Shown here one piece after another: positions 48,566 through 58,856 of a stretch of 64,000 nt of DNA. The notes beneath the pieces were generated by a model, which made no database searches, had not been told where the DNA came from, and saw only the letters and a list, made by a program, of their open reading frames with translations. The position numbers and the translations under genes were made by a program. The first letter of the stretch is position 1, and the number at the start of each line of letters is the position of its first letter. The DNA comes from Bacteroidales bacterium (GTDB lineage Bacteria > Bacteroidota > Bacteroidia > Bacteroidales > JAQUTK01): contig JAQUTK010000010.1 of the NCBI GenBank assembly GCA_028709785.1, forward strand, positions 29,467 to 93,466, read 5' to 3'.

Positions 48566-48907
48566 ATGGAAAATATTGAAGTGAACAAAGATTTGATAGC
48601 TTATTGCGGTTTGTATTGTGGCTCTTGTCGCCAATACCTCGCAAAGAAATGTGTAGGCTGTATGAAGAATGAAAAAGCTGCCTGGTGTAAGATCAGAACA
48701 TGTTGCCAGGAGAAGCAAATTTCAAATTGTGCCGGTTGTGAAATGGATGCCGGCGATTGCAAGCACTACACAAACCTGATCAGTAAAGCATTTTCCTATC
48801 TGTTTAACTCCAACAGACCGGCTTGTGTCCGAATGATAAAGGAGGTGGGTGAGGAGGCTTTTGCAGCAAAGATGGCACAGGAGAGGTTGCAGACTTTAAA
48901 ACGATAA
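48566..48907 (+). CDS. DUF3795-like Cys-rich protein
   Basis: CGLYCGSCRQY, CVGC, WCKIRTCC and CAGC pattern. ATG 48566 is preferred over 48539. Confidence 0.65.
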   Translation: MENIEVNKDLIAYCGLYCGSCRQYLAKKCVGCMKNEKAAWCKIRTCCQEKQISNCAGCEMDAGDCKHYTNLISKAFSYLFNSNRPACVRMIKEVGEEAFAAKMAQERLQTLKR

Positions 48908-48986
48908 GTACGATAAAGGTCTATTGATGTAAAAAAGGAGAGAGAAGAACTATAAGTCAATCCTAAATAATTGAGATAATAATACT

Positions 48987-50393
48987 TTGGAAAGAAATAA
49001 AATATTAATATTAGGTGTTACAATAGGTACCCCTTTGTTAGCTTCGGGTGCCTGCAAATCCAATGGGGATGCAGTAAAACCCAATATACTGATTATTTTA
49101 CTTGATGATGCCGGATATAATGATTTCGGATTTATGGGTAGCAAAGACCTGCAGACCCCCAATATAGACAAGTTAGCCCGTAAAGGTGTAATTCTTACCG
49201 ATGCACACGTCTCTGCAAGTGTAAGTGGCCCTTCTCGGGCCGGCATTCTTACAGGTCGTTATCAGCAACGTTTTGGATATGAATGCAACCCATCTGAAGA
49301 ATCTTCCGGAATGGCTCTTTCCGAGAAAACAATCGGTGACGTATTTAGTAGCAATGGATATTTAACTTCATGTGTTGGAAAGTGGCATCAGGGGGCTGGA
49401 GATGGGTATCGTCCAAATCGTAGAGGTTTTGATCATTTTTATGGATTCTTGGCAGGTTCTCGTTCCTATTTTTATCGCCCCAATAAGGACGATATTCAGG
49501 GGAGCAGTCAGAGCCTTCAATTAAATGGTGTTCAAAAGAAGTTTGATGGATATCTGACAGATGTTCTTGCCGATGGGGCAATTCGTATACTAAATGAGAG
49601 TGGAAACAAACCCTTTATGATGTATCTGGCTTTTAATGCCGTGCATACTCCCATGGAGGCCACTCAAGAGGATTTGAATCGATTTGCAGGGCATCCCAGA
49701 CAGAAACTGGCTGCCATGACATGGGCTGTTGACCGTGCAATAGGAAAGGTAATTGATCGACTCGAGAAGTTAGGTAAGTTAGACAATACACTGATTTTCT
49801 TCCTGAGTGATAATGGTGGTGCAACCAACAATCAGTCGTCAAATTTGCCTTTGAAAGGTTTTAAAGGAAATAAGTTCGAAGGTGGACAACGAGTACCTTA
49901 TTTTGTCACCTGGATAGATCATTTTAAAGGTGGAACGACTTTTGACGGACTCTGTTCTTCTCTTGATATTTTTGCTACTGCTGCTTCAGCTGCCGGTATT
50001 CAGACTTCGTTATTGAAGAACCCTTTAGACGGAGTGAACTTGCTTCCTTATCTCGAAGGAAAATCGGATGAAAACCCACATAGTAAATTGTTTTGGCGTA
50101 AAGATAAAATGGCTGCGGCACGTATAGGAGATTATAAACTAGTTCGTGTGGAAGGAGTTGGAGAAAGGTTGTATAATCTGAAAGATGACCTTGGAGAAAC
50201 AAAGGATCTTACTACTATTGATCAAGATAAGTATAATGAATTAATGGGAGCTCTATCCTCTTGGGAAACTCAATTAATTCGTCCGTTGTGGACGGAAGGA
50301 AATGCTTGGGATAAAGTAACTCTTGAGATTCATCGGGATCTGATGAATAATGAAAAAGTTCGCTCATATAGTCCCGGACAAAAGAATAAGTAA
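48987..50393 (+). CDS. sulfatase (Ser-type), lipoprotein
   Basis: ILLDDAGYNDFGFMG and SGPSRAGILTGRY. Lipobox-like LLASGAC. TTG start as given by the ORF track. Confidence 0.8.
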   Translation: MERNKILILGVTIGTPLLASGACKSNGDAVKPNILIILLDDAGYNDFGFMGSKDLQTPNIDKLARKGVILTDAHVSASVSGPSRAGILTGRYQQRFGYECNPSEESSGMALSEKTIGDVFSSNGYLTSCVGKWHQGAGDGYRPNRRGFDHFYGFLAGSRSYFYRPNKDDIQGSSQSLQLNGVQKKFDGYLTDVLADGAIRILNESGNKPFMMYLAFNAVHTPMEATQEDLNRFAGHPRQKLAAMTWAVDRAIGKVIDRLEKLGKLDNTLIFFLSDNGGATNNQSSNLPLKGFKGNKFEGGQRVPYFVTWIDHFKGGTTFDGLCSSLDIFATAASAAGIQTSLLKNPLDGVNLLPYLEGKSDENPHSKLFWRKDKMAAARIGDYKLVRVEGVGERLYNLKDDLGETKDLTTIDQDKYNELMGALSSWETQLIRPLWTEGNAWDKVTLEIHRDLMNNEKVRSYSPGQKNK

Positions 50394-50432
50394 AAAGAGT
50401 ATTTACTTTGTAACTATTTTTGAGATAATACA

Positions 50433-52310
50433 ATGAAGAATACATGTGTAAGAGGGTTGGCAATGCTTTCATTTGCCGGTGGGGTAATGCCTGCTATGGC
50501 AGAGAAGAGTATGAAGGATGAGAAGCGTCCTAACTTTGTCTGGTTTATGGCTGAGGATATATCTGCGCATTATCTGAATCTCTATACGAAGGGGAAAGAT
50601 GGGGCAAAAACGCCTAATGTTAATGTGTTAGCAAGAGAGGGAATCTTGTTTAATAATGCATTCTGCAATGCTCCTGTGAGTTCGGCTGCTCGTTCGACAT
50701 TAATTACCGGATGTTATGCCACCCGTTTGGGAGCTAGTTTTCATCGAAAGCTTGAAGAAGTGCCTTTACCTGAGGGACTAAATATGTTTCCATCCTATCT
50801 GCGAAAGGCAGGATATCATACGTCTAATGCTGCAAAAACAGATTACAACTGTTTTATAGATAGTACAGCCTGGGATGTGGTCAGTGGCAAGATGGGAGAG
50901 TGGCGCAATCGTCCCGATAAAAATATGCCTTTCTTTTTTGTACGTACCAATGCTGTGACGCATGAAGGACAATTGCAGTTTGATAGTAAGAAGATGAAGA
51001 ATACTGTTACGCGATATGACCCGGCTACGGTGAAAGTACATCCATATCATCCCGATACAGAACTATTCAGATATACCTATGCAACTTTTTATGATCGAAT
51101 TGAAGATTCCGATGTGGAACTTGGAAAATTGATGAATATGCTTCGACAGGACGGAGAACTGGATAATACATTTATCTTCTATTTTGGTGATAATGGAGGG
51201 GCACTACCCGGCACAAAGGGATATACCGGCGAGACAGGTTTGCATGTGCCATTAGTGGTCTATGTGCCAAAGAAATGGAGAGATCGACTGCCAGTGAAGA
51301 TTGGTGAAAAGACGAACGGATTTGTTAGTTTCGTTGATTTTGGTCCGACATTACTTCACCTCGCAGGCATCAAAGTGCCGGAAGAGATGGATGGGAAACC
51401 TTTTCTTGGTGAGGATATTTCTGCCAAAACGCTGAATGCCCGTGATGAAACATATGGGTATGGAGATCGTTTCGACGAACTGTATGCTTTTAATCGTACG
51501 GTACGCAAGGGAAATCTTAAATATTCACGCAACTTTGAACCCTATCATCCGAAATCGTTGTTTGTTGATTATCGATATAAACAAGCTGCATTCAGAGAAT
51601 GGAAGGAACTGTATATGAATGGACAACTGAATCAAGTTCAGAGCCGTTTCTTCGAACCTCAAGGTGCGGAAGAACTGTATGATTTGTCCCAGGATCCTTA
51701 TGAAACGCATAATTTGGCCGCAGACGCAGAATATCAGGATCAATTGAAGCAACTTCGCGGATTGCTTAAACGCAAGTTAATGACGGATATGGATCTGGGA
51801 TTCTTCCCGGAATGTGTCTGGCTCGAAGAAGGAAGAAAGAATCCGACTGCTTTTGCGTTGGCTAACAAGAATCGGATAGAACGGTACGCTGAGCTTGCAG
51901 ATCTGCAAATGCTCTCTTTTCAGGAAGCTTCTTCTGAAATAATTAAGGCTCTTAGTTCCCCTGATCCGGTAGAACGTTATTGGGGAGCTACGGTCTGCGC
52001 TTCTTTTGGAAGTGATGCGGTTAGTTTGGTCAATCATGTAAAAACACTTTTAGATGATTCCGACTCGTATGTGAGAAGTCGTGCGATTGTCTTTCTTGCT
52101 CAAAATAAGTTGATTACTCCACTGCCTCTGATGAAAGAGGCTCTTCGAAGATCAAAGTCTGGCGCAGAGTCACTGTTGATCTTGAATGATATCGCTTACT
52201 TAAAGGATGCAGGACTTGCAACTGATTTCCAACTGACGATGAGTGATATCCCTCAGAAATGTACGGGTGTTGATTTGAGATTAGATTATCTGAATGCGAA
52301 TAAAAAATAG
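50433..52310 (+). CDS. sulfatase with a variant S-x-A-x-R site and a C-terminal HEAT-like repeat extension
   Basis: FVWFMAEDISA, SSAARSTLITGCY, YFGDNGG. The C-terminal ~170 aa contain DPVERYWGATVCASFG and DSYVRSRAIVFLAQ, which look like helical repeats. Confidence 0.7.
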   Translation: MKNTCVRGLAMLSFAGGVMPAMAEKSMKDEKRPNFVWFMAEDISAHYLNLYTKGKDGAKTPNVNVLAREGILFNNAFCNAPVSSAARSTLITGCYATRLGASFHRKLEEVPLPEGLNMFPSYLRKAGYHTSNAAKTDYNCFIDSTAWDVVSGKMGEWRNRPDKNMPFFFVRTNAVTHEGQLQFDSKKMKNTVTRYDPATVKVHPYHPDTELFRYTYATFYDRIEDSDVELGKLMNMLRQDGELDNTFIFYFGDNGGALPGTKGYTGETGLHVPLVVYVPKKWRDRLPVKIGEKTNGFVSFVDFGPTLLHLAGIKVPEEMDGKPFLGEDISAKTLNARDETYGYGDRFDELYAFNRTVRKGNLKYSRNFEPYHPKSLFVDYRYKQAAFREWKELYMNGQLNQVQSRFFEPQGAEELYDLSQDPYETHNLAADAEYQDQLKQLRGLLKRKLMTDMDLGFFPECVWLEEGRKNPTAFALANKNRIERYAELADLQMLSFQEASSEIIKALSSPDPVERYWGATVCASFGSDAVSLVNHVKTLLDDSDSYVRSRAIVFLAQNKLITPLPLMKEALRRSKSGAESLLILNDIAYLKDAGLATDFQLTMSDIPQKCTGVDLRLDYLNANKK

Positions 52311-52316
52311 GTTATA

Positions 52317-53015
52317 ATGAAAATAAGAATGAATTTAAAGGGAAATGGTTGGTCTGTGGTCTTGGTTAGTTTCTTTCTGATGAGTCACTTTCCGGTGGCT
52401 ATGGCACAAGAGGAAGAGAATAACGAACCATTGACTGCCGCAACTTTTGATTTGGTGGCAGCGACCAATGATGTCATTTATCTGGACAGTGTGGCGCACA
52501 TGATGGATCAGTCGCCATTAAGTTGCTTTTCTGAGTATAAAAAGATTCTCTTTGATGGCACGGTTATTGATACCGACAAGCTGATCCAACGGGCTACCTG
52601 TGCCAGGATCGGATTGAAAGATAAGGAGTATTCGGCGCAATGGGTCATCGTAGATAGCCTGTTATATCTGAGTGATGTCTCTTTTTTGTACGCTATCGGA
52701 AAGAAAATGGTGATACCAATGATGGTAAAAGATAAGATGGTTTTTCAAGAGATTGATGGCGTGATAGGAGATAAATACTATAAAATGTTAGAGACTTTGA
52801 CCGAAAGCAGGTTCATGCAAAAGAAGTTGCTGGTTTACTCCAATGTGCCAGTGAGCCGTTTCGGCTTGATGCCTGCTGGGTGGTTTAATGGTGTGTTAAA
52901 TATTAAGCGGGTGATTGATCCGTTGAAGGAAACGCTGGAAGAGTGGGAGAAGGTGCCATACAGACAGCTTACTTTCAAAACCGGCCGATTGATCGCTGTG
53001 GAAGATAAGAGATAG
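52317..53015 (+). CDS. hypothetical secreted protein
   Basis: Signal peptide (VVLVSFFLMSHFPVAMAQ). No motif recognised. 6 nt after the upstream sulfatase gene. Confidence 0.5.
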   Translation: MKIRMNLKGNGWSVVLVSFFLMSHFPVAMAQEEENNEPLTAATFDLVAATNDVIYLDSVAHMMDQSPLSCFSEYKKILFDGTVIDTDKLIQRATCARIGLKDKEYSAQWVIVDSLLYLSDVSFLYAIGKKMVIPMMVKDKMVFQEIDGVIGDKYYKMLETLTESRFMQKKLLVYSNVPVSRFGLMPAGWFNGVLNIKRVIDPLKETLEEWEKVPYRQLTFKTGRLIAVEDKR

Positions 53016-53137
53016 AAATCAGAGAGAGCCGGATACAGATCCTCTCTGATAAAAGGCATTGGAAAGAACGGTATCTTTCAGTTGCCTTTGTGCTTTTGTG
53101 AGAAAAAAGTTACCTTTGTTTCAAATAGAGATTGAAG

Positions 53138-54625
53138 ATGAAAAAAGACAAGAAGAATATGTTGGCTTTTCTTGCGGGTAAGCAGATACAGCCACGGGTA
53201 GAGATGTATAAGATGCTTTTGGCATCCGGTATGGTTATGCTTCCTTTTGCTTCCGGTCAGGCCGGCAAACCGGGCAACAAACCGGTGACTCCCAATGTTG
53301 TTTTTATACTTGCCGATGATTTGGGTATCGGTGACCTTGGGTGCTATGGACAAACAAAAATTCATACACCGGGCATCGACCAACTGGCTAAGAAGGGGAT
53401 GAAGTTTACGCAACATTATTCCGGTTCGACAGTCAGTGCTCCGTCACGTTGCTGTTTGTTGACAGGGAAACATACCGGCCATTCTTATGTAAGAGGCAAC
53501 GTCGGATATATTGCCGATGACGGCCGCAAATATGATTTGAACTTAGCAGCTGACGAAGTGACTCTGGGGGAAGTGTTTAAGGAGAAAAATTATGTTACTG
53601 CCTGTATGGGTAAATGGGGACTGGGAGGCCCTTCCGGTGAAGGTCATCCAAACAAACAGGGATTTGATTATTTCTTTGGTTATCTGGGACAAGCCAATGC
53701 GCACCGCTATTATCCCGATCAGTTGTTTGAAAACAATACGCCGGTCATGTTGAATAAGAAAGTCTATTCGCATGATCTGATCATGGAAAAGGCGCTGGAT
53801 TTTATCGATAAGAATGCCGGTTCCCCTTTCTTTTTGTATCTCACACCTACGATTCCGCATGCTGACATTATTGTGCCAAACAATGAGTTGTTTGATTACG
53901 ACGGAAAGTTTCAGGAGACACCTTATTTGGGAGGAGGATATACTGCTCAGGATAAACCGAGAGCTACATTTGCCGCAATGGTTTCACGTTTGGACAGAGA
54001 TGTGACGCGGGTCGTGGAGATGTTGAAGAAGAAAGGAGTATTGGAAAATACGATTATCATATTCACTTCTGATAACGGAACCCACAAAGAGGGTGGACAT
54101 GATCCCGAATATTTTGACAGCAACGGTCCGTTCAGAGGAACGAAGCGTGATCTGTACGAAGGAGGTATCCGTACGCCTTTTATTGTGCAGTGGCCAGCCG
54201 TGATAGCTCCGGGTTCGGTGTCGTATCAGGTCTCTGCCTTTTGGGATTTCATGCCGACGGTGTGCGAACTTATTCATACCCCGGTGCCTGCCCATACAGA
54301 TGGCATTTCCTATCTGCCTACTCTGACCGGCAAAGGCAAACAGAAGCAGCACGAGTATCTCTATTTTGAGTTTCACGAAGAGGGAGGGAAGCAGACTGTA
54401 ATAAAAGATGGATGGAAACTGCTGCATTTGCAGGTGAATAATCCAAATAAGGAACACTACGAGTTATATAATCTGGCAACAGATCCTTCTGAGATTGCGG
54501 ATGTAATTAATCAGTATCCGAAGAAGGTGAAGGAGTTGAAGAAAATCATGCAGGAGGCACGGGAGACAAACAATAACTGGAAGTTTAATTTTGAAAAAGA
54601 GAAATATGAGTACGATAACATATAA
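53138..54625 (+). CDS. sulfatase (arylsulfatase A-like, Ser-type), paralog of 43601..45115
   Basis: ILADDLGIGDLGCYG, SAPSRCCLLTGKH, IFTSDNG. Start is ambiguous (TTG 53132, ATG 53138 or ATG 53204 before the hydrophobic signal). Confidence 0.85.
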   Translation: MKKDKKNMLAFLAGKQIQPRVEMYKMLLASGMVMLPFASGQAGKPGNKPVTPNVVFILADDLGIGDLGCYGQTKIHTPGIDQLAKKGMKFTQHYSGSTVSAPSRCCLLTGKHTGHSYVRGNVGYIADDGRKYDLNLAADEVTLGEVFKEKNYVTACMGKWGLGGPSGEGHPNKQGFDYFFGYLGQANAHRYYPDQLFENNTPVMLNKKVYSHDLIMEKALDFIDKNAGSPFFLYLTPTIPHADIIVPNNELFDYDGKFQETPYLGGGYTAQDKPRATFAAMVSRLDRDVTRVVEMLKKKGVLENTIIIFTSDNGTHKEGGHDPEYFDSNGPFRGTKRDLYEGGIRTPFIVQWPAVIAPGSVSYQVSAFWDFMPTVCELIHTPVPAHTDGISYLPTLTGKGKQKQHEYLYFEFHEEGGKQTVIKDGWKLLHLQVNNPNKEHYELYNLATDPSEIADVINQYPKKVKELKKIMQEARETNNNWKFNFEKEKYEYDNI

Positions 54626-55016
54626 AACAACGAAAGAGTTTACTCCCAAAGAACTGGAAGAACTTTTCCTCTCGGTGGAGTGGTCGTCGGGTGCCTATCC
54701 GGACAAACTGGCGCAGGCGATGAGAAACTACGGGAGTGTCTTTTCTGCTTGGGATGGCGACAAACTGGTCGGTCTGATCAGTACCATGGACGACGGTGTC
54801 ATGACGGCTTACATTCACTATGTGCTGGTCAATCCGGCCTATCAGGGATTGGGGATTGGCAGGGAATTGATGCGTCTCACGACGGATCTGTACAAAGACT
54901 ATCTCCGGATTCTTCTTGTTTCCTATCAGCACTCCATGGATTTCTATAAGAGTTTTGGTTTCAAAGAGGGTGGCGATGATCATGTGACGATGTATCTCAC
55001 GACGCTTTGGACATAA
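54606..55016 (+). CDS. GNAT family N-acetyltransferase
   Basis: YVLVNPAYQGLGIGRELM motif. ATG 54606 overlaps the sulfatase gene end by 20 nt. Confidence 0.75.
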   Translation: MSTITYKTTKEFTPKELEELFLSVEWSSGAYPDKLAQAMRNYGSVFSAWDGDKLVGLISTMDDGVMTAYIHYVLVNPAYQGLGIGRELMRLTTDLYKDYLRILLVSYQHSMDFYKSFGFKEGGDDHVTMYLTTLWT

Positions 55017-55048
55017 CATCCTACCTGTCAACCAAAAAATAACGAAAG

Positions 55049-55378
55049 ATGTCGCACGGTCGGATTGAAGAAGAGAAAAATATAATCGCCATAATGGTTG
55101 GCTATTATTGCCGTAAAAAAGAGAAGAATCAGATAATCTGTAGTGATTGCAGGGAACTTATTGAATATGCTCAGGCGCGTTTGGATCATTGCCCTTTTGG
55201 TGATGAAAAAACAGCGTGTAAGAAATGTTCCATTCACTGCTATAAGCCGGACATGAGAGAACGAATGAAGAAAGTAATGTCTTATGCGGGGCCGAGAATG
55301 CTTTTCGTTTTTCCAAGTATTGCATTGAGGCACTATTTTTGCTTCACCTGTTTCTTTCGATTCCGAAAGGCCCAATAG
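55049..55378 (+). CDS. nitrous-oxide-stimulated promoter family protein (YgbA-like)
   Basis: Cys pattern YYCRKKEKN..ICSDC..L..YA..RLDHCPFG..KTACKKCSIHCYKPDMRE is typical of this family. Confidence 0.7.
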   Translation: MSHGRIEEEKNIIAIMVGYYCRKKEKNQIICSDCRELIEYAQARLDHCPFGDEKTACKKCSIHCYKPDMRERMKKVMSYAGPRMLFVFPSIALRHYFCFTCFFRFRKAQ

Positions 55379-55467
55379 AAAGGATACTATTTGTCCGGTG
55401 AACAATGCGACCGGAAGGATCCTTTCATCGGAACTTACACATTGTTGCCCGGATAGGGACACCCTTG

Positions 55468-55534
55468 AAAAAACGTCCTTATGTTTGCTCCGTTTCACGA
55501 AGGTGAAACGGAGCAAACATAAGGACGTTTTTTT
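55468..55534. terminator. bidirectional intrinsic terminator: 25-bp perfect stem, GAAG loop, A6/T7 flanks
   Basis: CGTCCTTATGTTTGCTCCGTTTCAC (55474-55498) pairs with GTGAAACGGAGCAAACATAAGGACG (55503-55527). A6 lies upstream and T7 downstream. It sits between convergent genes. Confidence 0.75.
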
Positions 55535-55595
55535 CCATTCATTAGGACGAAAGGAGCGAGCAATCCGTATGTTTTTGCATAGAGTGAAGGACAGT

Positions 55596-55674
55596 GAGAT
55601 TGCGGGTCAAGCACGCAATGACGGCAATGAATGTAGCGCCCCATCTCGTCATTGCGTGCTTGACCCGCAATCTC
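55596..55674. repeat. 28-bp perfect inverted repeat with a 23-nt loop (REP-like palindromic element)
   Basis: GAGATTGCGGGTCAAGCACGCAATGACG (55596-55623) and CGTCATTGCGTGCTTGACCCGCAATCTC (55647-55674). Confidence 0.8.
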
Positions 55675-55687
55675 CTGATTCATCCGC

Positions 55688-57520
55688 TTAATCTGCCGGA
55701 CGGATAATAATAGCCTGACCGCCTTTAGCTTTAATCTCAAAAGGAAACGACTCGCCTTTTCTGACTTGTTCTGTACGTTTGCGGATACTTCCCGCGCCGT
55801 CGTCTTCATAAACAGTGGCGGTGTACGTCTTTCCCTTCGTCAGAAAATTTAATTGCACAGAGCTCTTCCAATCTTCAAATCCGGCTACATTGCCCACAAA
55901 CCAGGTATCTCCTTTACGACGAGCCACACTGATGTTCTTGCCGATCTCGCCGGACAGATAATGCGATTCGTTCCACACGGTAGGTACATACCGGAAGAAT
56001 TCAATTTCTCCTTCATTGGTATATTCGGTGGGTTTGCCGTACCAGAAAAGAGCCTGTAGCGGACTGAAATAGACGACCGTCAAAGCGAGCTGCTGGGCAT
56101 TGCTTACCTTCAGGTTCTTGCTATACTTGTTTGATTTATTCGGGTAGCAAAAGGTGAAATCTGCCGGTCCGGCCAGAAAGCGGGTGAAGGGCAATACGGT
56201 CGTATGAAAGGCGTCCGGACTGTTTTCATCGCCTCGGATCCCTTCCTGAGTAAGCAGGGCAGGATAGGCTCTGCTTAAGCCGGTGGGTTTGTAGTTGTCG
56301 TGAATATCAATGACAAACCCATAGTCGTTTGCTTTCCTGATAGCAGATGCCAGCCAGGTAAGACCATTCTGGGTTACTCCATCTACAAAACCAAATTTCA
56401 TTCCGCTCACTCCCCATTGTTTGAAGAGAGGCAGGATGGTATCCAACTTGGCTCTGAGTCCGACATAATTGACATAAAGAATCACTCCGATACCCTTCTC
56501 TTTTCCATATTGAATGATTTTGGGCATATCTATTTGCGGGATGACCTGAGTGGGATCAGAAGTAGATCGAAACTCAGCTCCATACCATCCGGCATCAAAC
56601 ATAATGTATTGTAGATTGTTCTTTACTGCAAAATCAATGCATTCCAGTCCGCTTTGAGTGGTTAACTGCGACCGGATTAATTTGCCGGGTTTGATCCAGG
56701 CGGGAACTTCTTTTACCGCTGTCTGCGTGAGCTTCAGGTAGAGTTCGCTGTAATCGTGCAACCCAATTGCTGTTTGGGCGATACTTATCGTGCGCCAGGG
56801 AGTCTGAAATGCTTCACCGCTCTTTACCTCTTTGTCTCGGGGAAAAGCAACGGCAAGACTATTTGATGCATTGCCCTTTGCCAGTTCAGCTTTCGTGTAT
56901 CCCCTGTTATCCGCTTCACCAATACTGAGATAGAGCTTCCCCGCCTGAATTGTGGCCGGAAAATCGCAGGTCTTGGACAGCGTATCAATGGCGGTAGGAG
57001 TGAATACAGACTCCTGGTTGTATTGATAAATGATAAATGGTTGCGTCAAATGAAAGGTCGTAAGCTCTTTCGTTATACTATTGCTTTGAAAAGCTGCTTG
57101 TTGAGGGATCTCATAGCGAAAGGCTACTGAACCGTTGAATACCCGTATGTTCAGGTTACACTGCAAAGAAGAATGTGTGTACGACAGCAGCAATTCAGTA
57201 TAGTTGTTGGTGATGGAGTCATTTTCGCCCAACGGCCATGCAAACTTTTCCGTATGGCTCCCACGTTTGATCTCCTTTATCCCCGTTTTCTCTCCTGCGG
57301 GAATACCATTTAGTTCCAGTCCCAAATCAGACCAGGTGATTGCTTCCTGTTTGGAATAAAAGACCCGATAGCGCAATTGTCCCTGTTTGTCGCTTCCTAC
57401 CTCCATGGATGTTTTTTTATCGGGAGAATAGATGCGGATGGGTTTCTTTACCTGTCCGAAACAAGGAATGGATAACAACAGTGAGAGTGCTGTTAGGATG
57501 ATACCTGTATTTGTTTTCAT
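55688..57520 (-). CDS. glycoside hydrolase family 97 (SusB-like alpha-glucosidase/galactosidase)
   Basis: YIMFDAGWYG, GVSGMKFGFVD, IDIHDNYKPTGLSRAYPALLTQEGIRGDE. Signal peptide from Met 57520. Confidence 0.8.
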   Translation of the reverse strand: MKTNTGIILTALSLLLSIPCFGQVKKPIRIYSPDKKTSMEVGSDKQGQLRYRVFYSKQEAITWSDLGLELNGIPAGEKTGIKEIKRGSHTEKFAWPLGENDSITNNYTELLLSYTHSSLQCNLNIRVFNGSVAFRYEIPQQAAFQSNSITKELTTFHLTQPFIIYQYNQESVFTPTAIDTLSKTCDFPATIQAGKLYLSIGEADNRGYTKAELAKGNASNSLAVAFPRDKEVKSGEAFQTPWRTISIAQTAIGLHDYSELYLKLTQTAVKEVPAWIKPGKLIRSQLTTQSGLECIDFAVKNNLQYIMFDAGWYGAEFRSTSDPTQVIPQIDMPKIIQYGKEKGIGVILYVNYVGLRAKLDTILPLFKQWGVSGMKFGFVDGVTQNGLTWLASAIRKANDYGFVIDIHDNYKPTGLSRAYPALLTQEGIRGDENSPDAFHTTVLPFTRFLAGPADFTFCYPNKSNKYSKNLKVSNAQQLALTVVYFSPLQALFWYGKPTEYTNEGEIEFFRYVPTVWNESHYLSGEIGKNISVARRKGDTWFVGNVAGFEDWKSSVQLNFLTKGKTYTATVYEDDGAGSIRKRTEQVRKGESFPFEIKAKGGQAIIIRPAD

Positions 57521-57548
57521 GTTTGCGTTGATTAAATAGTCTTGTAAA

Positions 57549-58697
57549 TCAATTCGTTTGTTTGCCGGTTCCGTAAAAGAGTAAGGTTCCGAATGCCGGT
57601 TGGTCACGGTCATATCCTTCCGGACGAATCTTGTTGATCACTTGTTCCGTGTAGTGCATCTTCAAACCTTTTCTGTTCACATAATGGTTATAAGCCATCT
57701 CAAAGACCGGCATGAACTTTCCACGGCTTTTATCAGAAATCACTGTCCAGTCAGAATATTTACCTGTCACATCTTTCCAGGTTACAAAAGGCACAGAATC
57801 ATTGCCCAGGTTATAACAGGATACATATTCGAATCCTTTCAGCAAACGATTGTCAAGGGCACCGTACAGGTCGTCTCCCTGGTTATAGGCAATCTCGCAG
57901 ACAGTGGCCAGGGCACCGATTCCTAACTGAGAGTGAGCCTGATCGCGACCGCTTTCCTGAATCTGACCTGTTGCTCCACTGATATAATTCCGGATGGTAC
58001 CGTTGTCGTTTCCGTTGTAATAAAAGTCAAGTGCTTTTTTATACATAGTCTTGTTGTTGAGGTAGATCGCCGCGGAGATATACATCTTTGTTACGATGGC
58101 TCCCCAATTCCCATTTGTGTACGCTTTGGTGGAATAAAAGGTGTCACATACGGGAAGGAAAACGGTGGTAATCATTCGTGTGATCTTCTCTGTCTGTTCG
58201 GGAGTCACCCCCTTATAAGTGTATCGAAGTATTTCCATGGCATTGACAATCTTCGTTCCTTCCAGACCGACCAGAAGAGGAGCGTCATTGGTTGCAGGGA
58301 TTTGCTTTAAACTATCCGCATAGGCGCTCAGTATCTCCAACGATTTGAGTGCATGGTTTTCATCTTTTGTGGCGATCCACATCAAAGCATTCAGATAGGC
58401 GGCACTGAAGTCGGCTTCCATTCTGCTTTTCGTGTATCCATATTGACCATCTCTTGAAATAACAGGAAAGGGTCCCTTCATCTTATATTGGGCACTGGCA
58501 CAGGGATGGCTCTTTAACAATTCATACGAACCGTATTCAGGCATTGTCTGCTTGATGGCTACCTCTCTGATATGTTGCAGGGAAGCTGCGTTGTGAAGTA
58601 TTCCCGGGTGAATAAACACGTTGTTTTTTGCCGGGACCGGGAGGCTCAATTGAAAGAGCAGGCACACAGATAAAAGGAAAATCGCATTCTGTTTCAT
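57549..58697 (-). CDS. alginate-lyase-like (alpha/alpha toroid polysaccharide lyase fold) protein
   Basis: Signal peptide. HPGIL start, NGNWGA, ESGRDQAHSQLG and the overall helical pattern resemble the Alginate_lyase (PF05426-type) family. Assigned by eye only. Confidence 0.45.
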   Translation of the reverse strand: MKQNAIFLLSVCLLFQLSLPVPAKNNVFIHPGILHNAASLQHIREVAIKQTMPEYGSYELLKSHPCASAQYKMKGPFPVISRDGQYGYTKSRMEADFSAAYLNALMWIATKDENHALKSLEILSAYADSLKQIPATNDAPLLVGLEGTKIVNAMEILRYTYKGVTPEQTEKITRMITTVFLPVCDTFYSTKAYTNGNWGAIVTKMYISAAIYLNNKTMYKKALDFYYNGNDNGTIRNYISGATGQIQESGRDQAHSQLGIGALATVCEIAYNQGDDLYGALDNRLLKGFEYVSCYNLGNDSVPFVTWKDVTGKYSDWTVISDKSRGKFMPVFEMAYNHYVNRKGLKMHYTEQVINKIRPEGYDRDQPAFGTLLFYGTGKQTN

Positions 58698-58856
58698 AGT
58701 TTTGATTGTTGTCTTTTTTGAACGTTACAAATATAATACGTTTCTTTCTTTGCCGATACTCAATCGAAATCGAATAAAGATGAACGTCAAATAATAATAA
58801 TCGATATATTTGTGATCTTATTTTATATAAACAGCATCGTTAAACCGGAACACGCC

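Noticed and set aside
55398-55809. Two ORFs (97 and 104 aa) on opposite strands containing AGQARND peptides
   Set aside because: Both simply read through the two long palindromes, and the mirrored peptide on each strand is the giveaway. They are treated as non-coding repeat and terminator sequence.
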